Shown piece by piece: positions 45,647 to 57,807 of a stretch of 64,000 nt of DNA; the first letter of the stretch is position 1, and each line of letters starts with the position of its first letter. A model generated the notes under the pieces. It did not search any database and was not told the DNA's origin. It worked only from the letters and a program-made list of their open reading frames with translations. Source of the DNA: Takakia lepidozioides (lineage: Eukaryota; Plantae; Bryophyta). The DNA lies in the NCBI GenBank assembly GCA_030704615.1, contig CM060734.1, positions 40,114,001-40,178,000 on the forward strand. The letters are read 5' to 3'. Made by a program: the position numbers and the translations under genes.

Positions 45647-46330
45647 TCAATGTTGATTCCGGATGATAGTCTGCAGTTTCCAGTCAACTTCCTCAACACT
45701 CTCTCGTAACGCATGACATTCTTTCAGGAGTTTCCGGAAATTTTCCTCAAGAGTCTCTTGCAACTCATTCCGAGCATGAGATTTTGTTCTGTAGTTTGCA
45801 ATTTCTTTCACTTCTAACTCGTCGATCTTCTCCTCACATAACTCCTGCAGACCAGAGAGACAAAAGAACTCCGCCTCTTCTATGATACCCCTGAGCAAAC
45901 TGGTATCACTAAGCCAAATCGTTCCATTGCGAAGATAATTGAGGACGTGCGTGAATCTCTGTCCATCACGATCAATCCAGAGGGCTGCGTCGTTCCGGAC
46001 GAGTGCCGTCAGCATGGAATGCTCATCTTTACACAAAGTCTGCCGTGATGTCTCGAAGCATTGTCCACCGACATTCACGACTACCCTATCCTCATTATAC
46101 TTTTCCTTCGGGTACTTCCAGCACTCCTCGGCTTCCCCCTCTGCACGATGCAGCGAGCGCGGATCCATGAACAGCACTTGCATCGCCAACTGAACATCAC
46201 ATTGTCGCACACGTCTCTCTCTCAGATCGAGACTCGCTTCACACACTCCCACAGCTTCCGCTTCTTTACCGGAGCTGCGCAGCGGCGAGCCGGCGGCCTG
46301 TCGGGCCATCGCGGCGCCACATGGTGCCAT
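45647..46330 (-). CDS. BTB/POZ (KCTD/T1-type) domain protein with C-terminal coiled coil, single exon, 227 aa
   Basis: RVVVNVGGQCFETSRQTL..SML..WIDRDGQRFTHVLNYLRNG..EEAEFFCLSGL is the canonical BTB_2 pattern. The ORF is intact from ATG to stop. Confidence 0.88.
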   Translation of the reverse strand: MAPCGAAMARQAAGSPLRSSGKEAEAVGVCEASLDLRERRVRQCDVQLAMQVLFMDPRSLHRAEGEAEECWKYPKEKYNEDRVVVNVGGQCFETSRQTLCKDEHSMLTALVRNDAALWIDRDGQRFTHVLNYLRNGTIWLSDTSLLRGIIEEAEFFCLSGLQELCEEKIDELEVKEIANYRTKSHARNELQETLEENFRKLLKECHALRESVEEVDWKLQTIIRNQH

Positions 46331-46699
46331 GCAAAATACTACTTACCAGCAAAAGGCGCCCCAGGAAAGGCTGTGGTAAACTCAATTTTAAGCAAGGGCA
46401 GTAGCATCCAGCCTTTCCTTACAATGTATTGATCTCACAAACTGGCTGTATGCTTTTCATTTGTTACTACAAGTGAACAAGTACTTGACAGATGGAAGAG
46501 AAAGAGGAGGTGGTACTACATCAAAAGTGGAGGTTGTCTCACCAGGAAAATTTCTGGCCTGCTTGCTTGCAGTTTTAAATAACTATACTAGAATGGACCT
46601 CCTGTTGAGGTGGATTGTTGTCTGACCGTATCAGGAAGCCCAGGTGGAGGCTTGGCAACAAGGAGATACCAAATGCTAAGTCCCCTCTCTCTTCTTTTC

Positions 46700-49400
46700 A
46701 ATTACTGTCCACAATTTGATTCAACCAGGCTCACATCTACCATCTGAATTCAGCCAAGACCCTTTCTTATTCCACTTTCCTCATTTACAATTTTACAGAT
46801 CGATCACCAGTGACCGTCGATCCTACTCTGGTCTGGCTCCTCGTTCAGAGGGCAACCTATGCACACATCTCACGCTATCCTGCCTATGCACAGTACTGGA
46901 ATGCTGACAACAACCCTGTGAGTCTTTCTCATAGCAAGGATGAGGTTCATTTTTCTGGCCTTATTCCTGCATCTGCCCTCCCAGTTGATGAGAGAGGTGG
47001 AGGGGAAGAATTTCTCCTAAAGTTCATGTCACTCTTCTCATTCTATATTGGATTGTGATTGCTCGGTTCTTGCAGAATGCTGTGACTGATGTACAGAGGG
47101 TACGGACGCCACCTATTCTGAATATTGGAAACTTCTTGCATAGGATGTAAGTATTCTCTCCTTCCTTTAGCCTTCCTCTATCTGACGAGCAACTATTCAG
47201 TTCAATATCTTGTTCTCTGAAGAGCATTCCAACAGAGGCTTGTAGGTGTGAGTTTAAGAGCTAGATCTTGCCACCATGAAGGGGTGGGTGGGCATTTTGG
47301 TGACAGTATTGTTGGGTGTTTTGCGCCAATCTGCAGGGATTGACATGTACCTACGATCCGTGAAATTGACATGCAGATGGATCCATCTGCAGGTATTGAC
47401 GATGAGTACCACCATAAGAATGACAAGGTACCTTCTATTTCCTTTTTCCACCTGTAGCTACTTTGATTTGAACTTCCACTACCTGTGCTGGGATATTGGC
47501 ATCTTTGAGTTTGCTCTCGAAGAATGACCGGGGTCTGGGCCTGATGAGCACCTATCAGCCCCAGCATTCCTTTGAACCAAGGCCAATAAAATTGCAGTTA
47601 CTTCGCACAGGTCAGGAGCTCTCTGACCCAAGGCAGTGGTTGATTGTTACAAGGGTTTCATGTCACCTTTGTATCCACATTCCATTTATTCTACGCAAGA
47701 GCTGGCATTCAATCCAGTTAGAATAGTTCCCTATGTGCTTCCTCTCGATGGCTGCTGCAGCTTTTGGGCACCTACATCCCAGTATGCAGCACTTGTGTCT
47801 GCCCTTTGTGAGCTGAAATGGTGGGTAATTGTAGGTGTATTGTTGGAAAGGCCTCTGATTCTCTGTGTGGCAAGACCTTGATGGTTTCTCCAGGGTAATT
47901 CATTAACCTGAACATTTTGTGGAAGCAACCAAGTTGTGCTTGTCTTCTTTCGTCATAATTTGGCAGTCTGTGTTGAGTAATCCATCCACAACACCTCTCC
48001 CATGTGGTGATGGCATACTTTGTCCAACATATTTACTTCCTGATGTTTATAGTTCTGGTGCTTTCTGAGGGAGGAGCATTTCTTGTTAAAACCCCACTCT
48101 GACAAGTATCTCAACATCACATCTTTAGTTGGTCATAACTAGCAGATATCTGCCTCTCATAACCAGCTAATTCTCTCCTGATTTTCAGAGTCCAGGTGGG
48201 GATACAAGAAGATATGAGTGGTTGGGTGTGATGGTTGCAGTATACAGAGCAAAAGATAGGTGGTGTTGTACCACCCGAGCTGTTCACCAGCAAAGTACAG
48301 AACTTGATACACAAGAACTCCGACAAGCCTAAGGCAAAAGGAGTGAAGAAAGAGGAAGATGACATTGTTTCTATTGTATGGAGGATCAGGCTGATGAGGT
48401 TCAGGTAACCTCTATTTGTTGGTGACTGGTGGCTATTCAGGAGCAGTGAAAGGGTTCATAAACTCAATTGCCATTTCTGTGACAGCTGGGCTGACCTGGG
48501 AATGTTGTGGCAACTAATGATTTGTGATCTTTTGGCGAGCTTGTAGGGAGGCGGACACATGGTGAAGTTGGGGTTGCAAGAGGTTGGAGATAAATTCTGA
48601 TAGTAGCGTTGTTTCCCAGGCCAACATCAGTCTTGCAGGGTTGGATGAGAGTGGACCTCAAGATATGGATGATGGGATTCCACTAGACACAGATGCTGGT
48701 GCAACAGCTGATGAGAATGAGCTCAATGTGCCAGATTGCGCTCAGCCTGCCAAGGGCCTGTCACCACCATCTGCAGCAGATATTTCCCCCAATCACACAA
48801 GTGGTAGTGCACCCAGTGCACCTCCAAGGCCTCTGGGCCTGACTGAAGTTGTAATGCTTGAAGCAGGCAGTAAAGATTTGAGTCCCAAGAAATCAGAAAG
48901 CAAACAAAGTGGACGGAAACAGTCTCATGCCGATAATTGAGCACTTCTGCCGAGGCCTGGTGGAAGGCGAATTTCTTACTGTAAAAGTGTACAGCTTGTG
49001 TGTTTGTGCTGGATCCATGTCTTCCAATGGATGGTTTCTTTGAAGGAATTTTGCACATGTACACTGACAGGCCTTGTAAGATTAGATAGTCCTTTGACTT
49101 CAGCTTACGGCTTTGGATTAGACTTCAGCTTAGTGCCACCTTACACTTGGGACCAAGACCAAAAAAGCTTGGAGCATTCCCATTGGCCAATGCTCTTTTC
49201 TTGGTTGTTTTATGGTCGCTACAGACCAAGACCAAGAAAAGTGGAAATGATGTGGCAACTAGGTTGCGGGACTATGGAGGTGGTAGACTAGGAAAAAACT
49301 CCATGGGAGGCCCCACTTTTGGCAAGTGGACCGAGTATGAATCTAATTTTTCAGAAGATCATTGCGTCACATGAACTTTTATCCCCATTAGTCTCCCCAC
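46700..49400 (+). mobile_element. Possible highly degenerate LINE remnant
   Basis: Broken short ORFs show a DUF4283-like RLVGV..MKGWV segment, a low-complexity Pro/Ser stretch (48584-48940) and an LFLVVLWSL segment like LINE C-termini. No RT motif was seen. Confidence 0.25.
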
Positions 49401-49819
49401 CATTTGCTTTTTGGTCACTACTCTTGTAGCAAGTTTGAGAATGAAAAGTGTTCATGGAATGTGGAAGATTTGCAAGCTATTCCAACCAGATGCATGGTGA
49501 AAACTAGTGTATTCAGAATCTTGTGTCTCCTCTTGTACAGGGTGCGAAGGGAAGCCAGAGGCTATATCAAATGTTAAAAGATCTGCACTCTCACATGAAG
49601 TGGTAGCTCTCACTTGTTTGGCCTTGGTCTTAAGGCCTTCACACACTACCTTCGGTCCTTTGGATATTAATATTTTGTATGCATCTAAGGACCAAGAATG
49701 GGACCAAAAGTTCTTCAACTAGCCCCATTGTTTCTTGGTCCCTGGCCCTTAGCTGAACAATGTATGGATACCAGCTTAACCTATGTATTGTATCTCAAAA
49801 CCTGAATTGAATTCTGAAT

Positions 49820-52384
49820 TCAAGAGACTGAATCTTGAGAAATTGGAATCTGGAGCAGCATTCGGAGCACCTCCTTGCTCAATGGGCGCTCAGCTGGCTG
49901 ATCATCAGTGCAAAAGACTGCAATCTTCATTGCCAGCAGCATCTCCTTCTCTTCCGATTCTGATCCTCGCAGCTTTGGATCCAGGGCATCTATTGCAGTG
50001 CCAGACTGCAGCAGGCTCTGCAGCCAGTGCCCAATGCTCCCGCCCACAGCTTCCACAAAAAATTGGCTAGTGGGCAACCTCCCTGTCAACAGCACAGCCA
50101 GCACCACCCCAAAGCTGTACACATCGCTCTTCTGTGTGAACCTGTGCACCACATAAAACTTCCAGTCAAACTTCTACAGTACCTATTGGTGTCTTTGAAT
50201 GAGAAAAACTTGGATGCAAGAGAACAACAGGAGTAGCATCTTCACTCTTTGAGTTTCTGGTGATACAAGGATATGATCTAGCATTGATGCAGAGATGATG
50301 ATTATGCTTGGTAGGGGGAGGTGATGGAGCTCAAGCTGGTACCTGCAAGTCTGGTGGTATTCAGGGGCAATGTAGCCCACAGTACCAGCAACACTTGTGG
50401 TGACATGCGTTTGGGTCTCGGGGATGATCTTGGCCAGACCAAAATCAGCAAGATGAGCCTCAAAGTCACCGTCCAGCAGAATGTTGCCAGGCTTCACGTC
50501 ACGGTGCACAATCTTGGGCACACTATCGTGGTGGAGGTAGGACAGACCCTGTGCAACCCCGACTGCAATGCGATAGCGCATAGGCCATGGCATCTCCAGT
50601 TCCCCCGATATCATCTTGTGTAGGGCACCCTCCAGGCTGCCATTGGGCATGTACTCATACATGAGCAAGTGCACGTCTGGCTTGTGGATGTATGCGAGCA
50701 GTGTGACGAGGTTCCGATGCTTGATGCAACCCAGAGTCTCCAGCTCTGCCTGGATTTGCCGATGGCTAGAACTACGGTTGCTGTCCGTGCCTGCTAGTTT
50801 CTCAGCCTCTAACTGAACCAGGACAGTTTTGATGGCCACCACCGTTCCATTTTCCAAGTACACTTTATAGACCTTACCGGTGCCTCCAGCCCCGATCTCC
50901 TCTGCTGTGGTCAGCGAGTCCTCCTTATCGAGGAAGGAGAGCATCTTGGGAGTAATGTGGGTGTTAAATATGACAGGACCCTTGAGGTATGGAGTCCCAT
51001 TACGTATTAGATAGATACAGAGGCGGAGCGTCAGAGCAAACAGTATGGCAGCAAGTGCACCTGCTACTGCCCCCAAGGCTATGCCCACCCCCCATTTTCT
51101 GCCCGTGTGCCTGTTCTTCCGATGCGAGGTAGCTGCCTGCACGGCTGGAGCAGGCACCGCCGCAGTCGTGTAGCTAGTACTTGTATCTGTCATTACTCTC
51201 CGAGTCCTGACCAGACTTGGCGAAGGGCTATGTCTTACCTGTTGAGAAGAAATCCCTGTATGGAAATACTTGGTCAACACTCTAGGAAGAGAAATCCTGG
51301 AGAGCTGAGAAAAAAGAGGGGCTGTTACACCACGACAGGCTTGCAGAGGCCGGCCACAAAGGCCTGAGTTACCAAGAAATGCGGTCACTCTAGGCCCCTC
51401 CTGTATCCATTTACCTTGGGGAATTGGCCCACTTAGTCGGTTGTTTGAGACCCGCAAATCTTGCAGACTCTGCAGCTCCGCAAATGACGAAGGGATGGAT
51501 CCGCTGAAAAGATTGTCGGATAAATCTAGGAACTGCAGACGAGTGCAATGTGCGAGATCCTTAGGGAGAAACCCTTCGAGGAGATTGTCGTCTACAGCAA
51601 GGGACTGTAAGTTTCTTAATTTGCCCAAATGCACAGGGATACTCCCCACTAAGTGATTGCCACTGAGATACAATTCGCTCAGCATCGCACATGCCCCCAA
51701 ATGCTGCGAAATTTTTCCTGTGATGAGGTTGTGAGCCAAGTCCAGCACTTGCAGTTCCTTACAAAGATTGCCCATGGGGTGAATTTGCACCCCCTCCTGG
51801 CCGTTTCCTAACTTTTTCGGAAGTTGAAAGAGGGTATCCAGACTTCCAGAGAACTGATTCCCAGATAGCAGTACCGTTCGCAGGGAATTCAATCGTGTCA
51901 AAAGGCCCAAGGGAAGGAAACCAGAAAGCCCGTTATCACGCAAATCCAGGGTCACAAGTGAGTGGCAGGCAGTGAGCTCTCTGGGGATGGACCCTGAAAG
52001 CTGATTATCCACAATTGTGAGAGACCTCAGTGCAGAGAGCTTCCCCAGTTGTGCAGAAATTGACCCCTCCAATTTTTTGAAGCGCAGCTCCAGACTCACC
52101 ACACGGGTGGCATCACTACTGATCTTACCGCATCCCACTCCAGGCCACAGGCAGGGATTCTCATTCACTCTCCACTTCTGTAAAGCTCCCGTTGGATCAC
52201 TCACAATTCCTCTCCGAAATGCAAGCAAGGCAGCTGCATCCCGCTTCAGCTCTTCCCCGAATTCATCCCCCCCCTCTCCGTGCTCCTCATAGTTGAACGC
52301 CGCTGCAATGCAGTCCATGAAGCAACCAAACACACAGAGTGCTACCACTGCCATACGCCAGTTGAATGCACGCACTTTTCCCAT
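49820..52384 (-). CDS. LRR receptor-like kinase of the SOBIR1/CORYNE-related clade; exons 52384-50343 and 50141-49820; ~787 aa
   Basis: Signal peptide, LRRNT (LLAFRRGIVSDPTGALQKW..C.W.GV.C), about 9 LRRs and a TM segment with GxxxG. The kinase has GAGGTG, VAIK, HRDVKPGN, DFG and GTVGYIAPEYHQTCR|FTQKSDVYSFG. Confidence 0.9.
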
Positions 52385-53706
52385 CTTAACCCCCCTGGAT
52401 GTTCAAAGCTCTTCCTTTTCCAGCTGACTCCTAGTCCGTAGCCAGTTCTGGTAAACTTTAGCTTTTCGTTGCATCCCTTCCACCATCCTCTCTCTCAACC
52501 CGACTGCCAAAAACTGTGAGCTGTTTCTTAAATTGCTCTCTGAATCTCTCCTTCTCAGCCCACTTGTAGGACACGCCCCCACTCCATAACTTACTCTCTG
52601 TCTCTCGGCTCACCTCAAGTCCATCGCCGGACCCCACACGCTGACGAACACGAACGCTGAGTGTATCAAAAGTCTTCCTTTCCGTCATCTTTTCCTCACT
52701 GCGTGCCCATCAACACGTTATCACTTTGCCGCGCGCTGGAATCTTTCCAAGCTGCCCCCAACCCTGCCCGTTCTCTTTGCCCCCCCTTTCTTTCCGGGCC
52801 GTCAGATTTTACCGACAGTCTCAGAAGATGGGCCGGATGAGTCCCTTCTTTGGAGGATGGATGAAACTTGGACTGCGGATTTTCAGTGAATGTGGCTACG
52901 GCCGACACCGGTTGGCGTCATGTCTCTTACTTTCCGGCAAGGACCGGTGTCATTCTAAACGTCATTTCTATTATCTTCCGACTTTTAGGGTTGGTGGTGT
53001 ACGTAGAATATGACAGCATTCCAAGGACACTATTACTCAGGCTACATCTAAGCATGTCAACTAGCAGTTCCTTTTCCTGTAGGAAAGCCTGAATGATTTC
53101 AGACTACATATGCAGTAAGGAATGTCTAGGTGAATTGTGGTGGTGTGGAGGAGCATTGGGGAAGAAGGGGTGGACATTCAAAGCTGCTCTCAGGTCCTTC
53201 GCTTTGATTTGCCCAAAACGCCCTGCAGCCTTATCGTGCACGTTGCTTGGGATCCACCTACATGTGCCTTGTGGTTCTGTGGAGAGGTATGGCAGGCCAT
53301 TCGGAAGAAATAGATATAGATATTTGTTACACTGGGACCTGAACAAATCCTGAAACTGATAGGAACAACCGCCCACTTTTGCAAAAACGAGAGATTGTAC
53401 AATTACAAAGCCACACCTTGCTATTCTACTTGTCTGACCATTGTGAAGAGTCTTTCCAAAACTCATGTCTGCACTGCTATATGCTCCATGGTAGACCTTC
53501 GTTGTTGAAAACTCCGACATACTTCAATCAAACTTCCTGATAGTCCTTTGTAGTGCCAAAGGACAACCCCCTAAAATCTTAGTGAATCAAAATTGTCATG
53601 CCCTACTGTCGTGCCAGTGATATGTCATGCCCTACTGACAGACTAATTGCTATCTCCAGACCACATTTTAAAAGCCCGGGGAACAATTCTGCATAGAAAC
53701 TAGCTT

Positions 53707-53900
53707 GTGATACATATCCTAGAAAAAATTGAAAGATGCGAGAAAGGCATTTCAGCAGATTCCATTAAAATTTATGTCCGCCTCTTGCGCATGAAGATGA
53801 AAAGCCTGGAAGTCGGAAAACAAGTGCACGCTCAAATTATCCAAACCTTTGTCGATATATATATTAAGCGCGGGAGCATTGTGGATAAATGTTCACAAAA
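53707..53900 (+). pseudogene. PPR gene fragment
   Basis: KGISADS..YVRLL..KSLEVGKQVHAQII..VDIYIKRGSI is a PLS-PPR pattern with internal deletions. Confidence 0.6.
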
Positions 53901-54230
53901 ATGCCAAATAATCAGGTAAGGCTGCAACGTATCATTCCTGGACCACTGTTGTGATACCATATTCTGTCATTGCTGCAGGCATACCAGCAGCTTACATTGA
54001 TTTCTAAACACATTCTCCTTCATTTTTTCTTATCTTCATTCTCTAGGCATCTCAACTCATTGTACAATTGTCTATAAAGAAATACCACATCCTTAGCCCA
54101 TAATGCGCCACAGACACTAAGTTTTGAGCAGCAAATGCAGTTGACGGACCAGCCGCTCACTCCCTCCAAGCTAGTCCAGCCAGAACAGCAGAACAAATGA
54201 AATCTCACTGCAGAATGCATGCAGCTCCCA

Positions 54231-57200
54231 TTACAAATTCTCAATCATTGTTAGACTAATCAGCTCTTCCCGGAGACAGGTGTACTCACTTTTTGAGGAA
54301 CACATCATCAGCGGGGTCGGGGATGTATATGGCTGTACTAAAATCAGCTAACAAAACCAACCTCTCCCCTCGTTGCACAAATTGTGTCGTACAGAGATCC
54401 TGATGAAGAATGCACTTCTCGTGCACCTTCGCGGTGACATCCAAGGCCAATCTGGCCCTCCTCGTATCCCAGGATACCACTGGTGAACCAGCATCCTCCA
54501 TCCCTAGGAAAAAAAGCAAACCTCCAAACAGCCAACCTGCACCCAGAGTCTTCACAATCTCCTTCCCCTGTACAATGCTCATCCATCAAAGCTTTTGAGG
54601 TTTAAACTTGGGTGGCAACAAGAACTGGGATATTCTTTGCAGGATCTTGTCACCTATTATTATAGTCGGTCTCCTCAAATCCAACTCATGAAACCACATT
54701 AGAGGAGGCACAAGTATGCAAGAGTCAAGCATGGGACCTATAGTAAAATTGTTGCCAGTGCTTGGTAGGTGGAAACCCATCAAGTGAGCAAGATACTTGC
54801 TCATCAGTACCTCACTATGGGTACTTTCATGGTTATGGGCAAAAAAAAACTTCTTCAACCTGGCACTTGCCTACACCTATGTGCACGGTGAGTGGGTGCA
54901 AATAAAGTACCAAACAATGTCAAATGAATTAGATGTGGAAGACTGCAACACGATGGCCTCAAAATTTGTAATAATTTTACCAAATGAACATTGGACGGAT
55001 GTCCACAGAATAATATTATGTAGACTGTTTTTTAGGACCAAATTGCTATTTGTCTGATAGGTTTCTGTCTATGGATCTCTACTGACTCTTTATTATGTTA
55101 AGTTTACTACCCCTCAATTCCAATGGGATGTGTCTCCTAAGGAAGTTGCGGCCCCAAGAGAATGTCTAGGTCAACACTCACACGGTACAATCAATCAGTA
55201 TGACTCCATATTGCCAAGGCAAGCGGCAACCTACTTGACCATTATGTAGGACATACAATATTACTCACATCCTCACATGCTTTCATTGGGCAACTTTGTC
55301 GTCAATGAGGTGATCCAGAAAGGAAAAATGTTTACTTTGCACTGTCCAAAAATTACATTCTTGTAAAAAGGAAGAGAACCTCTTTCTGCCTCTAAACTTT
55401 CACAAGCATGCATGACAATACTACAATATAGTGTTTTGTGGGTAATTTAGGGGTCCCCAGGCATGCAGGAGTCCAGATAAGACAATAAAATTGTTACGAG
55501 TGCCTACTGGATGGAAGCCCATCAAGTGAACAAGACTGTACCCGTTGCTCACCTCACTCTATGCACAACAAACAATGTCTTATGAGTACATTCTATGCAC
55601 ATACTACTGAAAAGATCATGAAACTTGGGAGTGGTGTCTCAACTCTTATACCTGGAGGTCTTCAAAGATGCTGATACACCTGGAGCTCATTCCAAAAGTC
55701 CGCCTCTGCTTCTGGGTACTTTGCAATGTCCCATATTTTAAAAATTGCTTGGTGGGCCCTCCACTGTCCTCTTCTCACCTAACAAAAATAAAACCAATAC
55801 AAATGCCAATACAAATTAAATGCACCGGTCAAAAGCATATTAACTGAAATATGTTGAGAAACAAGATGTTAGACCCTCATTCTTTGCTCTCCTAATAGGT
55901 AGAGATATCACACCAATGAAGCTCCTAACTCTGCTTTGTGTTGTTCATGACACAAAGTAAAGGACAATCAGCAGCATTAAGGACTGCCCTAGAGATGCTG
56001 AGTGCTCCATATGCGTGGTGCCGTTTGAAATGGCCTTGCCGAGGTCCAAGATTCCCAAAGGGAACTCAATCAAGTTATCGCCACAGAGGGGCTGCTTTCG
56101 CTTCCCGTTGTCACTGCTAGTACCGCTTCCGCTCCCGCTTCCTCTCCTAGGGGTGCGGATGTGAATAATCGTCCACACACATGTATTGACCGTGTTCAGT
56201 ATAAATTAGGCTTGGAGGCTAATTTTTTCAATAGAAATGCTATTTATCTTCATAGTTATTTTAGATAAATGATCAATTATACCTATCAGTATCGTGTCCA
56301 GTGCTAGTGCCACCAGTCTCTCCAAGCGGGGCATCCGGTCCCTGGTCAAGTTGGAAAGTATGAGGTTCCAAACAATAAACCTCCAAATCCTGGTACATCC
56401 CACTTGAAATTTGGGGCGTAACCCCCCAGTCATTTGGATCAAGGAATTTTTCGTGGTATGCCAACCAGAGCATATACAGTAGGACCTTGCGTGCCTCTGG
56501 GTGGGTCATGTTGATATCAAATGTGTCAGTATATTCCACTTCGTTCACATTTCCGTTGATTGGTTGACGGCAGCACACTATGTACTTGTTTGATATTAAT
56601 AAGGAGTACCGACATCCCTCAAGCACCTAAAAAACACAAACAATTTATCTTAATAAACAAACAATGCACCTTTCAAGCATATGGATATCAACCTTGAAGA
56701 CTTGACCCTACTGAATGAATCTGACTTGGGAGGCTGAAGTGTCTAATGTCTGTTGCCTAAGGATTGTCCAATTGAGAAAAAAGTTAGGCATAAAACTACC
56801 ATAAAGCCCATCAAGTGATCAGCAAGACTGCACCTGCTCCTGAGTACCCCTCATATATTGCGGGCAACTTTATGGTTGGGAGCAAAAAGAATTTCTTACC
56901 TCTCGCAAACTGAAGAATGACATTTGTGTACCTTTATGTACCTTCATTTAAAGCCTAGTGATAACTCATCATCAAAATCTAGCGAACTCAGTGCCAAACG
57001 GTCAATGGCTAGGACAAATTTGAGAGTCTAGCTACTACTGAGAGTCGAGCACAGATGCTGGAGGCAGCTAGTTCAGGCATAGATGGGGATAGTCTTGTAT
57101 TGTTAGGGAGGCCTCCCACCACAAGGGATGGGGTCGATCAAGAGTAATATGGTTCTATTAGTGCAATGCATGGCACACGCAATCCTGTCGCGGGGCTCCT

Positions 57201-57807
57201 TCACAACATGCAGCTTGAGAAGCATCAAATCACTCTCACTCCTAGCAAGAACCTGGATGACATGGATGATTTGAGAAACTTACTGAGTACATCAATAACT
57301 GTGCCACTGGCTTGGCCACTTTCAATTTGTCCTCATCACTTCCCTGCAATAACTCGTGGAAGTGTCTCCCATCGTGTTGTTCCCGCCACTGGCCTTGGCA
57401 TTCTATAGGCATAATGACTTTGACTGCCTCCAAACTTGTCGGATTGTAAGATTCAGCCATAAGATCCATTAATGTGTGACTTGGACAATCAATTTTCCCT
57501 ATCGACTCTGTCAAACGGGCATGCAACCCCATAATTTGTGCAGCATCATTCACCGGCTTAAACAAAGTATTCACTATGCTGCTGATCACTTGTGACTCCC
57601 TCGCAATGGGTTCTCCAATTGAATACATGGTGCTATGGTATTTACGAGGAACCAAATGTCGCATGAACAATGCCTTGTGTATGATCAGCCAATCATTGAA
57701 GAGATCCCAACGGCCTACTCTCTCGACGATCTTCCCATGATTCACAGGGTGTGTCAAGCCCAAGGATTTTTTTCTTCCCACTACCTCCCCTGGGAGCTTT
57801 GCACTGA
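54231..57807 (-). pseudogene. Crinkler-type (CR) REase-fold plus kinase gene, 5'-truncated; exons ~57807-57284, 56626-56283, 56146-~55990, 55778-55652, 54567-54231
   Basis: The spliced product reads IMPIECQGQW..PVAQLLMYS|VLEGCRYSLLIS..P..RKVLLYMLWLAY, then a Gly/Ser linker, then LGKAISNG..|VRRGQW..AIFKIWDIAK..NELQVYQHL.EDLQ|GKEIVKTLGAG..LGME..G..VHEKCILHQDL..LADFS. Most junctions are GT-AG, but the donor near 55990 was not located. There are 2-3 frameshifts. Confidence 0.65.
55568..55591 (+). mobile_element. 24-nt 3'-tip insertion of the non-LTR family with a 10-bp TSD
   Basis: ACAAACAATGTCTTATGAGTACAT is flanked by TCTATGCACA at 55558-55567 and 55592-55601. Confidence 0.75.

Noticed and set aside
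53104-53520. 138-aa minus-strand ORF
   Set aside because: There are no recognisable motifs and it cannot be linked to neighbouring genes.
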